Of a stretch of DNA of 50,723 nucleotides, positions 26,537 to 36,088 are shown one piece after another. The number at the start of each line of letters is the position of its first letter. The first letter of the stretch is position 1. The position numbers and the translations under genes were made by a program. The stretch spans positions 1 through 50,723 of the forward strand of contig CAZJOI010000004.1 of NCBI GenBank assembly GCA_964547585.1, in the 5' to 3' direction. This DNA is from an uncultured Bdellovibrionales bacterium. Its GTDB lineage: Bacteria; Patescibacteriota; Minisyncoccia; Moranbacterales; UBA2206. The notes under the pieces were generated by a model. The model was not told the DNA's origin. It saw only the letters and a list, made by a program, of their open reading frames with translations, and ran no database searches.

Positions 26537-27213
26537 AAAATTTAAGTAAATTTGAGTACAAAAAAACACCTCTTGTTCTGGTGCCTAGTTAAAGGGATTA
26601 ACCAGGGCGTTCGAAGCCCCAAAATATATAAATTTAGGCTGAACGCCTCTGGCCGTTTGTCATGTATTAACATATAACACGGAAATTTTATAGCGGGTGA
26701 AGGCATCTAAAATTATAGTGTATATGTATTTTATATACATGTTTCTGTGTTTCTCTTACCGTTCTCTGGCTTTCGCCTTTTGAAAGAACATGTTTATTTT
26801 TATTTTTGTTTTGTATAAAAATTTTTTGTTTTTGTTTTAGGGTCCCGGCTCTTTTTTAAAGGGCTGGGCGGTTCAAGTACGTTGACTTAGAACGCTTGAA
26901 CAGCAAGAGAGTTTCAATCGCAAATAGGGGGAAATTGCGATTGAAACCCTATAGCTGTTCATTGAATATTCGATTTTTAATGAAGTATAGTTTCATTATA
27001 GCAGAAAAAAAGCATTGAGTCAAAGGTTGGCTGTATATTTTTCAAAAAAACTCTTATCTGAGCCTTATTTTTTTGAGAAATTAATTTGAGTCCGATTTTT
27101 CCAAAAAATCATTTTTTTGATTTTTTGAAAAGTAATTTTCTTTTTTGAAATATATCCCAGAAATTTATCATTTGCTTTATTTAAAGCAAATGATGCTGTG
27201 GATAACTTGTTTT

Positions 27214-28491
27214 TTATTCTTGGACGCTCTTTTGGGCGGTATCAATTGCTGTCGTATTTTGAATAATTTCTGTTGAAGTTTTGTTTTCGGAAGTTTTAAT
27301 GGATTCTGATACCGATGTTTTGGCGGAAACGGGGGTTAAATAGTCAATAATGGCTCGGGACATGTTTTTGGTAGTTACGATGATAAGTTTTTTCTGAAAA
27401 ACAGCATAATCAATAGATAAATACTCAGGAGAAACAATATTGGCATATCTAATGTTTACATTTTTATAGATATTTTGGGAATATTTTTCTTCTTTAAGTA
27501 GGCCTTTGTTTTCTGGGTTTCTGAGGATTGGCTCTAGGGCGTCAACAAGAATCGATTCTTCTTTGAGTAAAGCAGCCTTAAGATTTATATCATTTGTCGA
27601 ATCAATGGCAACTCCCAATCGATAGTTGCCACTATCATTATAAATAAAGAAGCTGAAGGTATCTTTGAGTGCGGAGAGGGTTTCTTCTGAAAAGCTGATT
27701 CCGACTTTTCCAGCGAAAATTTTAAAAGGAATGGGGTTATTAGAGGAATCAGTGAAGATAAATTCAATCGGAGTAGTTATTTTTATCTCTGCAGCTCTTT
27801 TTAAATAAGTGTCGATATGTTCAATTATGGAATTTTTATCAGCGATTGCAATGTCTATTGAGAAGTAGTTTGGTTTTTCAGTAGAAAATTCAATTATTTT
27901 TTCTGGTTTTATTTGCGCCACAGGCTGACTATCCAATTGTTCATTTGAGACTTGATTATTCTCCGGTTGAACTTTATTTTGTTTGGCTATCCAAAAATAA
28001 TAACCACTGGCTCCGACAACCAAGAGAAAAAAGAAAACTGCAAAAATAAGAATAATTTTATTTAAAGCAAAGTTTTCGGCTGATTTTTTTGGCAGATCTT
28101 TCAGGAGTTTTTTTTGTTGAGAAAAAACAGAAGTTTCTATTTTTTGTGGAGCCTCTCTTTTTATTTCTCTCTGAGGTTCTTTGGCAGGAGAAGGGACGAC
28201 GGGAGAGATGGCAGCTGTTTCAGTATGTGCTGCTGCAGACGGTAGGATAACTTCTTTTGGCTTGTTTTCGGCAATTTTTTGCGGCTTGGCCGCATTAAAG
28301 AAGGGGCTAGTTTTTTGCTCTTCAGAAAGATTGGGAAATGGTTTTGTTGGCTCAGGCGATCCTTTGGATATTTCTTTTTTAGGATTTTTTATTTCTGCCA
28401 AATCATTTTTCATCAGGTGGATTGGGGACATTGGCACCAGAGAAGAATTAAAATCAGTCTGCTTATTATTTGTGTTTTTATCCTGAAACAT
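27214..28491 (-). CDS. Hypothetical single-pass membrane protein (disordered Pro/Lys-rich N-terminus)
   Basis: 425-aa ORF with a central TM segment (IILIFAVFFFLLVVGASGYYFWIA). No recognisable domain. Confidence 0.6.
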   Translation of the reverse strand: MFQDKNTNNKQTDFNSSLVPMSPIHLMKNDLAEIKNPKKEISKGSPEPTKPFPNLSEEQKTSPFFNAAKPQKIAENKPKEVILPSAAAHTETAAISPVVPSPAKEPQREIKREAPQKIETSVFSQQKKLLKDLPKKSAENFALNKIILIFAVFFFLLVVGASGYYFWIAKQNKVQPENNQVSNEQLDSQPVAQIKPEKIIEFSTEKPNYFSIDIAIADKNSIIEHIDTYLKRAAEIKITTPIEFIFTDSSNNPIPFKIFAGKVGISFSEETLSALKDTFSFFIYNDSGNYRLGVAIDSTNDINLKAALLKEESILVDALEPILRNPENKGLLKEEKYSQNIYKNVNIRYANIVSPEYLSIDYAVFQKKLIIVTTKNMSRAIIDYLTPVSAKTSVSESIKTSENKTSTEIIQNTTAIDTAQKSVQE

Positions 28492-28545
28492 TTTTTTGTT
28501 TTTTTAACGTTTTTATTAAAAAGTATTTTTATTTAAATAAAATAA

Positions 28546-28574
28546 AAATAGGAACGATTTTCTCATTCCTATTT
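28546..28574 (-). terminator. Rho-independent terminator downstream of pnp
   Basis: 9-bp stem aaataggaa/ttcctattt. On the minus strand it is followed by TTTTTATTTT. Confidence 0.55.
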
Positions 28575-28596
28575 TACAACAAAACCTAATTTTTGG

Positions 28597-30702
28597 CTAG
28601 ACTTGTTTAGGCACAGCCTTGGCGGATAAATTTATACGGCCCTGATTATCAATTTCAATTACTTTAACCGGAACAATATCGCCAACTTTTACCAAATCTT
28701 CAACTTTTTCGACTCGATGATCGGCTAAAGCGGAAATATGGATCAAACCTTCTTGTCCAGGGAGAATTTCAGCAAAAGCACCAAAGTTCATGATGCGGGT
28801 TACGCGAGCATTGAAAATTTCTCCAGCCTTAACTTCATGAGTCAAATTCTCAATCCACTTTTGAGCCTTAGCAGCGGAATCTCCATCAGGAGAGGTAATG
28901 AAAATTGAGCCATCATCTTCAATATCAATTTGAACTCCGGTTTCATCGATAATCTCATTAATGATTTTACCACCAGAGCCAATAACATTACGAATTTTTT
29001 CTGGATTGATTTTCATGACAATAATGCGAGGAGCGTATTGTGACATTTCAGTTCGAGGAGTGGAAATGGCTGCGACAATTTTTTGCAAAATTTCCAAACG
29101 ATTACCCTTTGATTGCAAAAGGACTGCTTTTAGCATTTCTAAAGTTACGCCATCAACTTTCACATCCATTTGAAGAGCTGTAATACCATTTTCCGTACCA
29201 GCTGCTTTGAAATCCATATCGCCATAGTGATCTTCCAAACCTTGAATATCAGTCAAAACTTTGAATTTTTCATCTTTACCAACAATGATTCCCATGGCAA
29301 TGCCGCTCACAGGTCTCTTGATGGGAACTCCAGCGTCCATTAAGGATAAGGTTGATCCGCAAGTAGAGGCCATTGAAGAAGAACCGTTTGATTCCAAAAC
29401 TTCTGAAACCAAAAGAATGGTATATGGAAATTCTTCCTTGGAAGGCAGAACTGGAACCAAGGCTTTTTCAGCCAAAGCACCATGACCAATTTCACGTCGG
29501 CCAGGTCCACGCATCGGTTTGATTTCTCCAACTGAATATGGAGGAAAGTTGTAGTGATGAATATATCTTTTTTTCATATCCACTTCCATGGTGTCGATAA
29601 TTTGTTCATCTCCAGGAGAACCCAGAGTTGTAACAGTCAAAGCCTGAGTTTCACCGCGGGTGAAAAGTCCAGTGCCATGAGTTCTGGGTAAAATTCCAAC
29701 CTTACAATCGATGTGTCTGATCTCACTGAGTTTTCTTCCATCTGGTCTTTGTTCATTCTCTAAAATATTTTTGTGAACGATTTCATCAGAAACTTCTTCG
29801 AAAACTTGTTGAGCAATTTCTTTAAGTTTATCAATATCTTCAGTAAAAGATTCTTTGATGTAGGCTTCCACCTTTTCATTGATAGCTTTGGTTTTTTCTT
29901 CAATAACTTTTTTGCTTGGGTCATACAACGCTTCGGCCAAACCTTCTGAAAGCAAAATTTCTTTAACCTTGGCTTCAAATTCAGGTGTGCCCTGAAGCAA
30001 AGCGGGTTCTGATTTTTCTTTGCCAACTTCTTTGGCAATCTCTTCAATGAAAGTTGCGATTTTAACAATAGCTTCTTGTCCAAAAGCAAAAGCTTCCACA
30101 ATTTCTTCTTCGGGAACTTCTTTGGCTCCAGCTTCAATCATATTGATTTTGTCTTTGGTTCCAGAAATTACCAAATCCAAATTACTTTCGGCAATTTCTC
30201 CATTAACTGGATTTAAAATGAAGCCATCACTAGATTTTCCAACGCGGACAGCGGCTACAGGTCCATTCCAAGGAATGTTGGAAATAGAAAGGGCGGCTGA
30301 AGCGGCGATAACGGCTAGTATTCCTGGGTCATTTTCTCCGTCATAGGAAAGAACAGTACAAATAACTTGTACTTCATTTCTCATGCGACCATTGAAAAGA
30401 GGTCTAACAGTTCGATCAACTACGCGACCGGAAAGGATGGCATCGTCTGAAGGACGACCTTCTCTTTTGATAAATCTGGATCCTTTGATTTTTCCGGCAG
30501 CATAATATCTTTCTTCAAAATCAACCATCAGTGGAAAATATCCACTAATTCTGGAAGCGCCTTTGCTCATCACAGCTGTAGCCAAAACCACCGTGTCGCC
30601 ATAACGGGCGGTGACTGCTCCTCCGGCTTGTTTAGCCAAAAGACCATTTTCAATCTCCAAAATTCTTCCACCAATCTGGAGGGACCATTTTTTATGTTCC
30701 AT
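28597..30702 (-). CDS. pnp: Polyribonucleotide nucleotidyltransferase (PNPase)
   Basis: 701 aa with two RNase PH domains, KH (IRNVIGSGGKIINEI) and S1 (GEIFNARVTRIMNFGAFAEILPGQEGLIHIS). Confidence 0.95.
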   Translation of the reverse strand: MEHKKWSLQIGGRILEIENGLLAKQAGGAVTARYGDTVVLATAVMSKGASRISGYFPLMVDFEERYYAAGKIKGSRFIKREGRPSDDAILSGRVVDRTVRPLFNGRMRNEVQVICTVLSYDGENDPGILAVIAASAALSISNIPWNGPVAAVRVGKSSDGFILNPVNGEIAESNLDLVISGTKDKINMIEAGAKEVPEEEIVEAFAFGQEAIVKIATFIEEIAKEVGKEKSEPALLQGTPEFEAKVKEILLSEGLAEALYDPSKKVIEEKTKAINEKVEAYIKESFTEDIDKLKEIAQQVFEEVSDEIVHKNILENEQRPDGRKLSEIRHIDCKVGILPRTHGTGLFTRGETQALTVTTLGSPGDEQIIDTMEVDMKKRYIHHYNFPPYSVGEIKPMRGPGRREIGHGALAEKALVPVLPSKEEFPYTILLVSEVLESNGSSSMASTCGSTLSLMDAGVPIKRPVSGIAMGIIVGKDEKFKVLTDIQGLEDHYGDMDFKAAGTENGITALQMDVKVDGVTLEMLKAVLLQSKGNRLEILQKIVAAISTPRTEMSQYAPRIIVMKINPEKIRNVIGSGGKIINEIIDETGVQIDIEDDGSIFITSPDGDSAAKAQKWIENLTHEVKAGEIFNARVTRIMNFGAFAEILPGQEGLIHISALADHRVEKVEDLVKVGDIVPVKVIEIDNQGRINLSAKAVPKQV

Positions 30703-31109
30703 ATGAAACGTTTAGCCTTACGCTAATGACGTGAAAGTAAAATCAAAAATGAAGATTCAACTTCTCCCCCTTTGTAAAAGGGGGACTAAGGGGGATTTTT
30801 ATTTTTGCAAAAATAAAATAAATATTTTCGTAAAAATCCCTCTCCAACTCTCCCTTTAGAAAAGGGAGAGAGTTTTTTGAACTCTCGTTTTTGAGCTTAC
30901 CGACGCACTAGAAAAGGCTTATTTAATTAATTTGTTAACACTACTACAATACTTTATTTTAGCGATTTTGTCAAAGTTTTTAGGCTTTGAGAAAATAATC
31001 TTCGTCGCTTTCTTTTTCACTTGAGACTTCGTCGGGTTTTTTTCTTGGCTATACTAGAAAGCGTCTATTTATTATATAATTTAATTGATTTATTATTAAA
31101 CTAAAATTT

Positions 31110-31856
31110 ATGGAAAAAATATTAAAATCAAATGAGAAAAATAAATTGCCAGAAAATAATTTTGCTGGAGCTTTGGGGGGTGAACGTTTAACGTCAATCA
31201 GTTCTCTGATACCACATCAGGAAAAGATGCAAAATTTAGTCGAAGATACATTGCGAATGTATTCGAAAGAGTCATCTCTGAAAGAAATTCAGGCCATTGA
31301 AATTGGCACAGGGACTGGGCTGACTGCCACCAAGATCATTGATGCGGACAAAAGAATAAAACTAAAAAGTGTCGACAATGAACCCAAGATGATTGAGGTT
31401 GCTGGAAGGAATCTTAAGCAATACATTGAAAGCGGAAAAATAGAAATTTTTCAAGGAGATGCGTTAGTATTTTTGCAAAAATTGGCTGATGATTCCGCTG
31501 ATGTCGTGGCTTCAGCGCTTACTTTGCATAATTTTGAAAATCAATATCGAGAAAAAGTCTTGAGGCAGATATTTCGCATTCTAAAAAAGAACGGAATATT
31601 TATAAATGCAGATAAATATTCTCCAGCAGATGAAAATGAAGCAAAAAAAGAATTTGAATGGCAAATGCAACAATTAGAGAGTGCTCCTGACAGCGAAACC
31701 AAAAATGGCTGGATCGAACATTATATTGTTGATAATAAGCCAGAGATAATTATGAAAGAAGGCGAAGCGCTAGAGGTAATGAAAAAAATAGGTTTTTCAA
31801 ACTTGAATATATCCAATCGAGAACACTTGGAAGCCATGCTTACTGCTAGAAAATGA
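31110..31856 (+). CDS. Class I SAM-dependent methyltransferase
   Basis: Motif I AIEIGTGTGLTA and post-I/II patterns (VVASALTLHNF, LKKNGIFINAD). Confidence 0.8.
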   Translation: MEKILKSNEKNKLPENNFAGALGGERLTSISSLIPHQEKMQNLVEDTLRMYSKESSLKEIQAIEIGTGTGLTATKIIDADKRIKLKSVDNEPKMIEVAGRNLKQYIESGKIEIFQGDALVFLQKLADDSADVVASALTLHNFENQYREKVLRQIFRILKKNGIFINADKYSPADENEAKKEFEWQMQQLESAPDSETKNGWIEHYIVDNKPEIIMKEGEALEVMKKIGFSNLNISNREHLEAMLTARK

Positions 31857-31868
31857 GTTACTAAAATA

Positions 31869-31899
31869 AAAAAACAATCTCACGAGTGAAATTGTTTTT
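31869..31899. terminator. Bidirectional hairpin between convergent genes
   Basis: aaaaacaatctcac-ga-gtgaaattgttttt is a roughly 12-bp stem with one mismatch, flanked by an A-run and a T-run. Confidence 0.45.
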
Positions 31900-31913
31900 A
31901 AATTGAGGAATCT

Positions 31914-32414
31914 TTAGATCAAAAACTTCTTTTTGTTATCGGAAAGATTAGTGAAGTCATCCAGAGTTTCAACGAGTTTATTGCTGGTGCTTTCTAGAAA
32001 AGCCATACCTTCTACACGACAACCAGTTGTGCTTTGGATGTATTGTACGAGTGGAATATAATCTCCATCGCCGGAAACCAAAATGATAGCATCCAAACTT
32101 TTAGACATCTTGATAGCATCGACGGCGATACCTACATCCCAATCGCCTTTTTTAGCTCCGCCAGGGAAGATTTGCAAATCTTTGGTCTTGACTTCAAAAC
32201 CTTGTTTTTCCAGAGCTTCAAAGAACTTTTCTTCTTGGCCTTCCAATGTTTTAATGCCATAGGCAATGGCACGAATTAGTTTTCTATCCCCGACACCGGA
32301 TTTCAAAAGTTGTCCGAAGTTAACTTTCTTTTTGTATAGTACTTTGCCCGAGTAGTAGAGATTTTGAATATCTACCAAGACTCCGACGCGTTGATCTTTA
32401 AATGTTGCTGGCAT
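31914..32414 (-). CDS. NYN-domain (LabA/DUF88-like) protein
   Basis: RVGVLVDIQNLYY...IRAIAYG...ILVSGDGDYIPLV. The probable start is MPATF (ATG at 32414). Confidence 0.85.
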   Translation of the reverse strand: MPATFKDQRVGVLVDIQNLYYSGKVLYKKKVNFGQLLKSGVGDRKLIRAIAYGIKTLEGQEEKFFEALEKQGFEVKTKDLQIFPGGAKKGDWDVGIAVDAIKMSKSLDAIILVSGDGDYIPLVQYIQSTTGCRVEGMAFLESTSNKLVETLDDFTNLSDNKKKFLI

Positions 32415-32427
32415 ATTTTTTATTTGT

Positions 32428-32504
32428 GTCATTCCCGGCTTGATCGGGAATCTAGTTATAAAACTAAGTTTATTTCACTGGATTCCCGCTTTCGCGGGAA
32501 TGAC
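32428..32504. repeat. Second copy of the REP-like double palindrome (22-nt spacer)
   Basis: gtcattcccggcttgatcgggaatctag (32428-32455) ... ctggattcccgctttcgcgggaatgac (32478-32504). Confidence 0.8.
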
Positions 32505-32541
32505 AATAATTTTAAGAAAAATAAAACAGGCAGAGCCTGTT

Positions 32542-32808
32542 TTATTTTAAACCCAAGTTTTTGATTAATTTTTTGTAAGCTTTTTCGTTGACTTTTTCCA
32601 AATAGAGCATTAATTTTTTTCTTTTGGAAACCATCTTTAGAAGTCCACGTCTAGAATGAAAATCCTTAGCGTTCTTTTTCAAGTGGGAAGTTAGTTTTTT
32701 AATCTTTTCTGTAAAAAGGGCGATTTGATATTCAGGAGAGCCCGTGTCTTTTTCGTGTCTTTTTATCTCTTTGGTGACACTTTCCTTTTGTCTGCTTGTT
32801 AGAGCCAT
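32542..32808 (-). CDS. rpsO: 30S ribosomal protein S15
   Basis: MALTSRQKESVTKEIKRHEKDTGSPEYQIALFTEKIKKLTSHLKKNAKDFHSRRGLLKMVSKRKKLMLYL is the S15 signature. Confidence 0.93.
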   Translation of the reverse strand: MALTSRQKESVTKEIKRHEKDTGSPEYQIALFTEKIKKLTSHLKKNAKDFHSRRGLLKMVSKRKKLMLYLEKVNEKAYKKLIKNLGLK

Positions 32809-32830
32809 ATTTTTTCGGCGAAACATTCGT

Positions 32831-32898
32831 CTCGTTTATCCCTCACCATTTTTTACAAATTTATTGGATTAATTTTGTGAAAAATGGTGAGGGACGAG
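32831..32898 (-). promoter_or_regulatory. Long hairpin in the rpsO 5' leader (candidate S15 autoregulatory structure)
   Basis: Perfect 14-bp stem ccctcaccattttt/aaaaatggtgaggg (32840-32853 with 32880-32893), extended by ctcgt/acgag. It begins 23 nt upstream of the rpsO ATG. Confidence 0.4.
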
Positions 32899-33068
32899 TC
32901 CGTAGACCAATGTTTGCTATTTATTGATTACTAGAGAAGGATAACATGAAAAAGTTGATTTGTCCAGTGTTTTTATATAAGATGTATTTACCGGAGAGTT
33001 GCCAGACCACCGCTAGAGCGGGGCCCCGCCAGAGGCGGTGGGTGGTTGAGATAAAAATTAATATATTT

Positions 33069-33155
33069 GGAAAGGTGGCCGAGTGGTTGAAGGCACAGCT
33101 TTCGAAAAGCTGCAAGGCAGAAATGTCTTCGTGGGTTCAAATCCCACCCTTTCCG
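33069..33155 (+). tRNA. tRNA-Ser(CGA)
   Basis: Manual cloverleaf: acceptor GGAAAGG/CCTTTCC, anticodon arm CAGCT-TTCGAAA-AGCTG, long variable arm, T arm GTGGG-TTCAAAT-CCCAC. Confidence 0.85.
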
Positions 33156-33387
33156 CCTTCGGTTCGCCGAAGCGAACCTTCGGCGTGACGCAGTCCGCCA
33201 AGGTTTGCGAAGGCAACTATTTTTGCTTTACCCCAACACCAAATTATTTCATATAAACGTAGGTATAAATAAACAAATATTCAGAAGACAATCGACTCTT
33301 TTGACCCAGATTATAAATTTGGTGCGGGGGTTTACATAAAGCAATTTAAGTGTTAGCCTAAGATAAGCAAAAAATATTCCAATTTAT

Positions 33388-33903
33388 ATGTTAAATACGC
33401 AAAATATTATATTTTTTCTACAAAATAATTGGTTAATATTAACCTTGGGATTTTTCTTGGTAACAGAGCTGATTTGGATTATTGTCTTGCAGATAGGCCT
33501 AAGTCGCCTAAAAAAGAAAAAAGGACCGGTAGTAAAGGGCGATCCAGAAGCTTTGGAAGATATTTTGACCAAACAAGGGCAAGCCATTAAAGAATTGGAT
33601 AAGGATATTTTGGAACTTTTCAATATTTCTAACCAAATCAACGAACTGGCTTTTCGCGGCTTGCACAAGACAGGCGTGGTAAGATTTAATCCTTTTAAGG
33701 AAGTTGGCGGAGATCAAAGCTTTGCTATCGCTCTCTTAAATGGAAAAAACAGTGGTATTGTGATTTCTTCTCTTTTTACTCGCGAAGGCACTCGAATCTA
33801 TTCCAAGTCGATTGTTGCGGGAAAATCAGAAAAGCATCCTTTAACTGAGGAAGAAGAACAAGCGATCAAAATAGCCATAGCTAAAGGAAATAAAAAAGTA
33901 TAA
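33388..33903 (+). CDS. DUF4446-like membrane-anchored protein
   Basis: N-terminal TM segment, coiled-coil, then VVRFNPFKEVGGDQSFAIALLNGKNSGIVISSLFTREGTRIY, the pattern I associate with DUF4446. Confidence 0.7.
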   Translation: MLNTQNIIFFLQNNWLILTLGFFLVTELIWIIVLQIGLSRLKKKKGPVVKGDPEALEDILTKQGQAIKELDKDILELFNISNQINELAFRGLHKTGVVRFNPFKEVGGDQSFAIALLNGKNSGIVISSLFTREGTRIYSKSIVAGKSEKHPLTEEEEQAIKIAIAKGNKKV

Positions 33904-33915
33904 ATAAAATTTTAA

Positions 33916-35697
33916 ATGGAAAATGTCATAAAAAAAGCCAAACTTCCCTCAAAAGTCACTGTAAAAAAATTCAGTGAGATTTTAAATTTGCCTGTTGGAA
34001 CAGTTATTTCAGAACTGATGAAAAATGGAATATTGGCCAATATCAACGAACAAGTTGATTTTGAAACAGCCTCGATTGTGGCTCAATATCTGGGTTACGA
34101 GGTGGAAGAGGAAGTTTTGTCTGAAGATGGCCGAATGACTTTGGAAAAACTCTTGGAAATAATCAAAAAAGAAAAAGAATCTGGAGAAACACTGAAATCT
34201 CGACCTCCAGTGGTAACAATTCTGGGACACGTTGATCATGGAAAAACAACTCTTTTGGATACAATCAGAAAAACCAATGTAGCAGACAAAGAATCAGGTG
34301 GAATTACTCAGCATATTAGTGCCTATCAAGTTAAGAAAAAAGGTCAAATCATTACTTTTGTGGATACTCCGGGACACGAAGCTTTCAGTGCGATGCGTGA
34401 ACGTGGCGTGAGTATTGCAGACATTGCCATCTTGGTGGTAGCAGCTGATGATAGCGTAAAGCCACAAACAAAAGAAGTTATCGCCTATCTTTTGGAAAAA
34501 AAGTTGCCGGTTATTGTGGCTATTAACAAAATTGATAAACCAGGAACTAATTTGCAAAGAGTCAAACAAGAGCTAGGAGAAAATGGTATATTGGTTGAAG
34601 ATTGGGGTGGACAAGTTCTTTGCTCGGAAGTAAGTGCTAAAAATAAAATTGGTATCGACGAACTTTTAGATAATGTTTTGCTTCTGATGGAAGTGGAAAA
34701 TTTTGTGGCAGACTATAAAAGAGAGGCCTTGGGGATTGTATTGGAATCTCATCTGGATCCGCAAAAGGGTCCAGTTTCAACAGTTTTAGTCAAAACAGGT
34801 ACGCTTAAAGAAGGACAGGATATTATTGTGGGCGCGGCCTTTGGGAGAGTTCGCAGAATGGAAGATTTTGCCGGCAAGAGACTGGCTGAAGCTGGCCCTT
34901 CAGTTCCCGTGAGTCTCATTGGCATTAACACGACTACTAATACTAATGACATCTTGCAGGTTGTTTCCGGAAAAGCTGGAGCCAAAATTAAACATGATAA
35001 AGCTAATGATTTTGGAAGAAACGTGAGTAACGGTGATGGTTTCAGTGCACAAAAAATTTACAAAAACATTGCTGATGAAAAAATAAAAAAACTGAATGTA
35101 ATTTTGAAATCGGATGTTCAAGGTTCAGTTGAAGCTATTCAGCAAATTCTTTCTGAAATAAAATCAGACGAAGTGGCGGTAAACTATATTGACGCTGCTG
35201 TCGGAAACATTACTGAATCGGATGTAAGGCTAGCGCAAAATGCTTCGGCGATTGTCTATGGATTTAATGTTGAGGCGACTCCAGTAGCCAAAAGAATGGC
35301 CGATGGCAGCAAGGTGGAAATAAAAAACTACAAAATTATTTACGAATTAGTTGAAGATATCAAAAACAAATTGATTGATATGATGGATCCGGAAATCGTG
35401 CGAACTGATTTTGGAAAAATGAAAATCGTGGCAATTTTCAAGACTGGCAAAAAGGATATGATTGTGGGAGGAAAAGTTTCTTCAGGGCACATTGCCAAGG
35501 GATCGCAAATAGAAGTTTTGCGAAATGAAAATATAATTGGCAAAGGTAAACTTCTTAATCTGCAACAAAATAAAATAGATGTTGATGAAGTTAAAGAAGG
35601 CAAAGAATGCGGAATTACTTTTGATGGAGAAACGAAAATAAAAGAAGGAGATATTCTTTTGTCCTATAAAGAAGAAGTGAAGAAAAAAACCCTTTAA
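33916..35697 (+). CDS. infB: Translation initiation factor IF-2
   Basis: GTPase motifs GHVDHGKTTLLD, DTPGHEAF and NKIDK, plus the IF-2 C-terminal domains. Confidence 0.95.
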   Translation: MENVIKKAKLPSKVTVKKFSEILNLPVGTVISELMKNGILANINEQVDFETASIVAQYLGYEVEEEVLSEDGRMTLEKLLEIIKKEKESGETLKSRPPVVTILGHVDHGKTTLLDTIRKTNVADKESGGITQHISAYQVKKKGQIITFVDTPGHEAFSAMRERGVSIADIAILVVAADDSVKPQTKEVIAYLLEKKLPVIVAINKIDKPGTNLQRVKQELGENGILVEDWGGQVLCSEVSAKNKIGIDELLDNVLLLMEVENFVADYKREALGIVLESHLDPQKGPVSTVLVKTGTLKEGQDIIVGAAFGRVRRMEDFAGKRLAEAGPSVPVSLIGINTTTNTNDILQVVSGKAGAKIKHDKANDFGRNVSNGDGFSAQKIYKNIADEKIKKLNVILKSDVQGSVEAIQQILSEIKSDEVAVNYIDAAVGNITESDVRLAQNASAIVYGFNVEATPVAKRMADGSKVEIKNYKIIYELVEDIKNKLIDMMDPEIVRTDFGKMKIVAIFKTGKKDMIVGGKVSSGHIAKGSQIEVLRNENIIGKGKLLNLQQNKIDVDEVKEGKECGITFDGETKIKEGDILLSYKEEVKKKTL

Positions 35698-35708
35698 AAT
35701 TTAGAACT

Positions 35709-36038
35709 ATGAGTCTAAGAATAGAAAAAGTGAATGAGTTAGTAAGGTCCTTGATAGGCGAAATATTAACCCGAGAGCTTAGTCTCAAGCCTGGGGTTTT
35801 TATTACTGTTTCCAGGGTTGACACATCTTCTGATCTTCGCTATACTCGTATATTCCTCAGTATTTTCCCTGAAAAAGATATCGAGTACGTGGAGAAAACT
35901 CTGGAAAAAGAAATCTATAAAATTCAAGGAGAACTCAATAAAAAGCTTTCAATGAAGCCTTTGCCGAAGATTCAATTTAAAACAGATATGACTGAAGCCA
36001 AGGCGGATATTATCGAAAAGCTGCTAAAAGAAATCTAG
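35709..36038 (+). CDS. rbfA: Ribosome-binding factor A
   Basis: RIEKVNELVRSLIGEIL...ITVSRVDTSSDLRYTRIFLS. Follows infB. Confidence 0.9.
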   Translation: MSLRIEKVNELVRSLIGEILTRELSLKPGVFITVSRVDTSSDLRYTRIFLSIFPEKDIEYVEKTLEKEIYKIQGELNKKLSMKPLPKIQFKTDMTEAKADIIEKLLKEI

Positions 36039-36088
36039 ATAAAAAAACAAGAAAATAAATGCGACGGGAGGTCGCATTTTTGGTGGCT

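Noticed and set aside
26911-26947. gtttcaatcgcaa...ttgcgattgaaac looks like a CRISPR repeat word (GTTTCAAT...)
   Set aside because: There is only one inverted pair forming a single hairpin. There are no direct repeats at regular spacing and no cas genes in the window, so this is not a CRISPR array.
26570-27213. RNase P RNA, tmRNA or SRP RNA in the long gap
   Set aside because: I looked on both strands for GAGGAAAGUCC / ACAGAACCCGGCUUA-type blocks, a tRNA-like 3' end with CCA plus a tag ORF, and the SRP GGAA/AGCAG motif, and found none. It is left as unassigned structured RNA in the findings.
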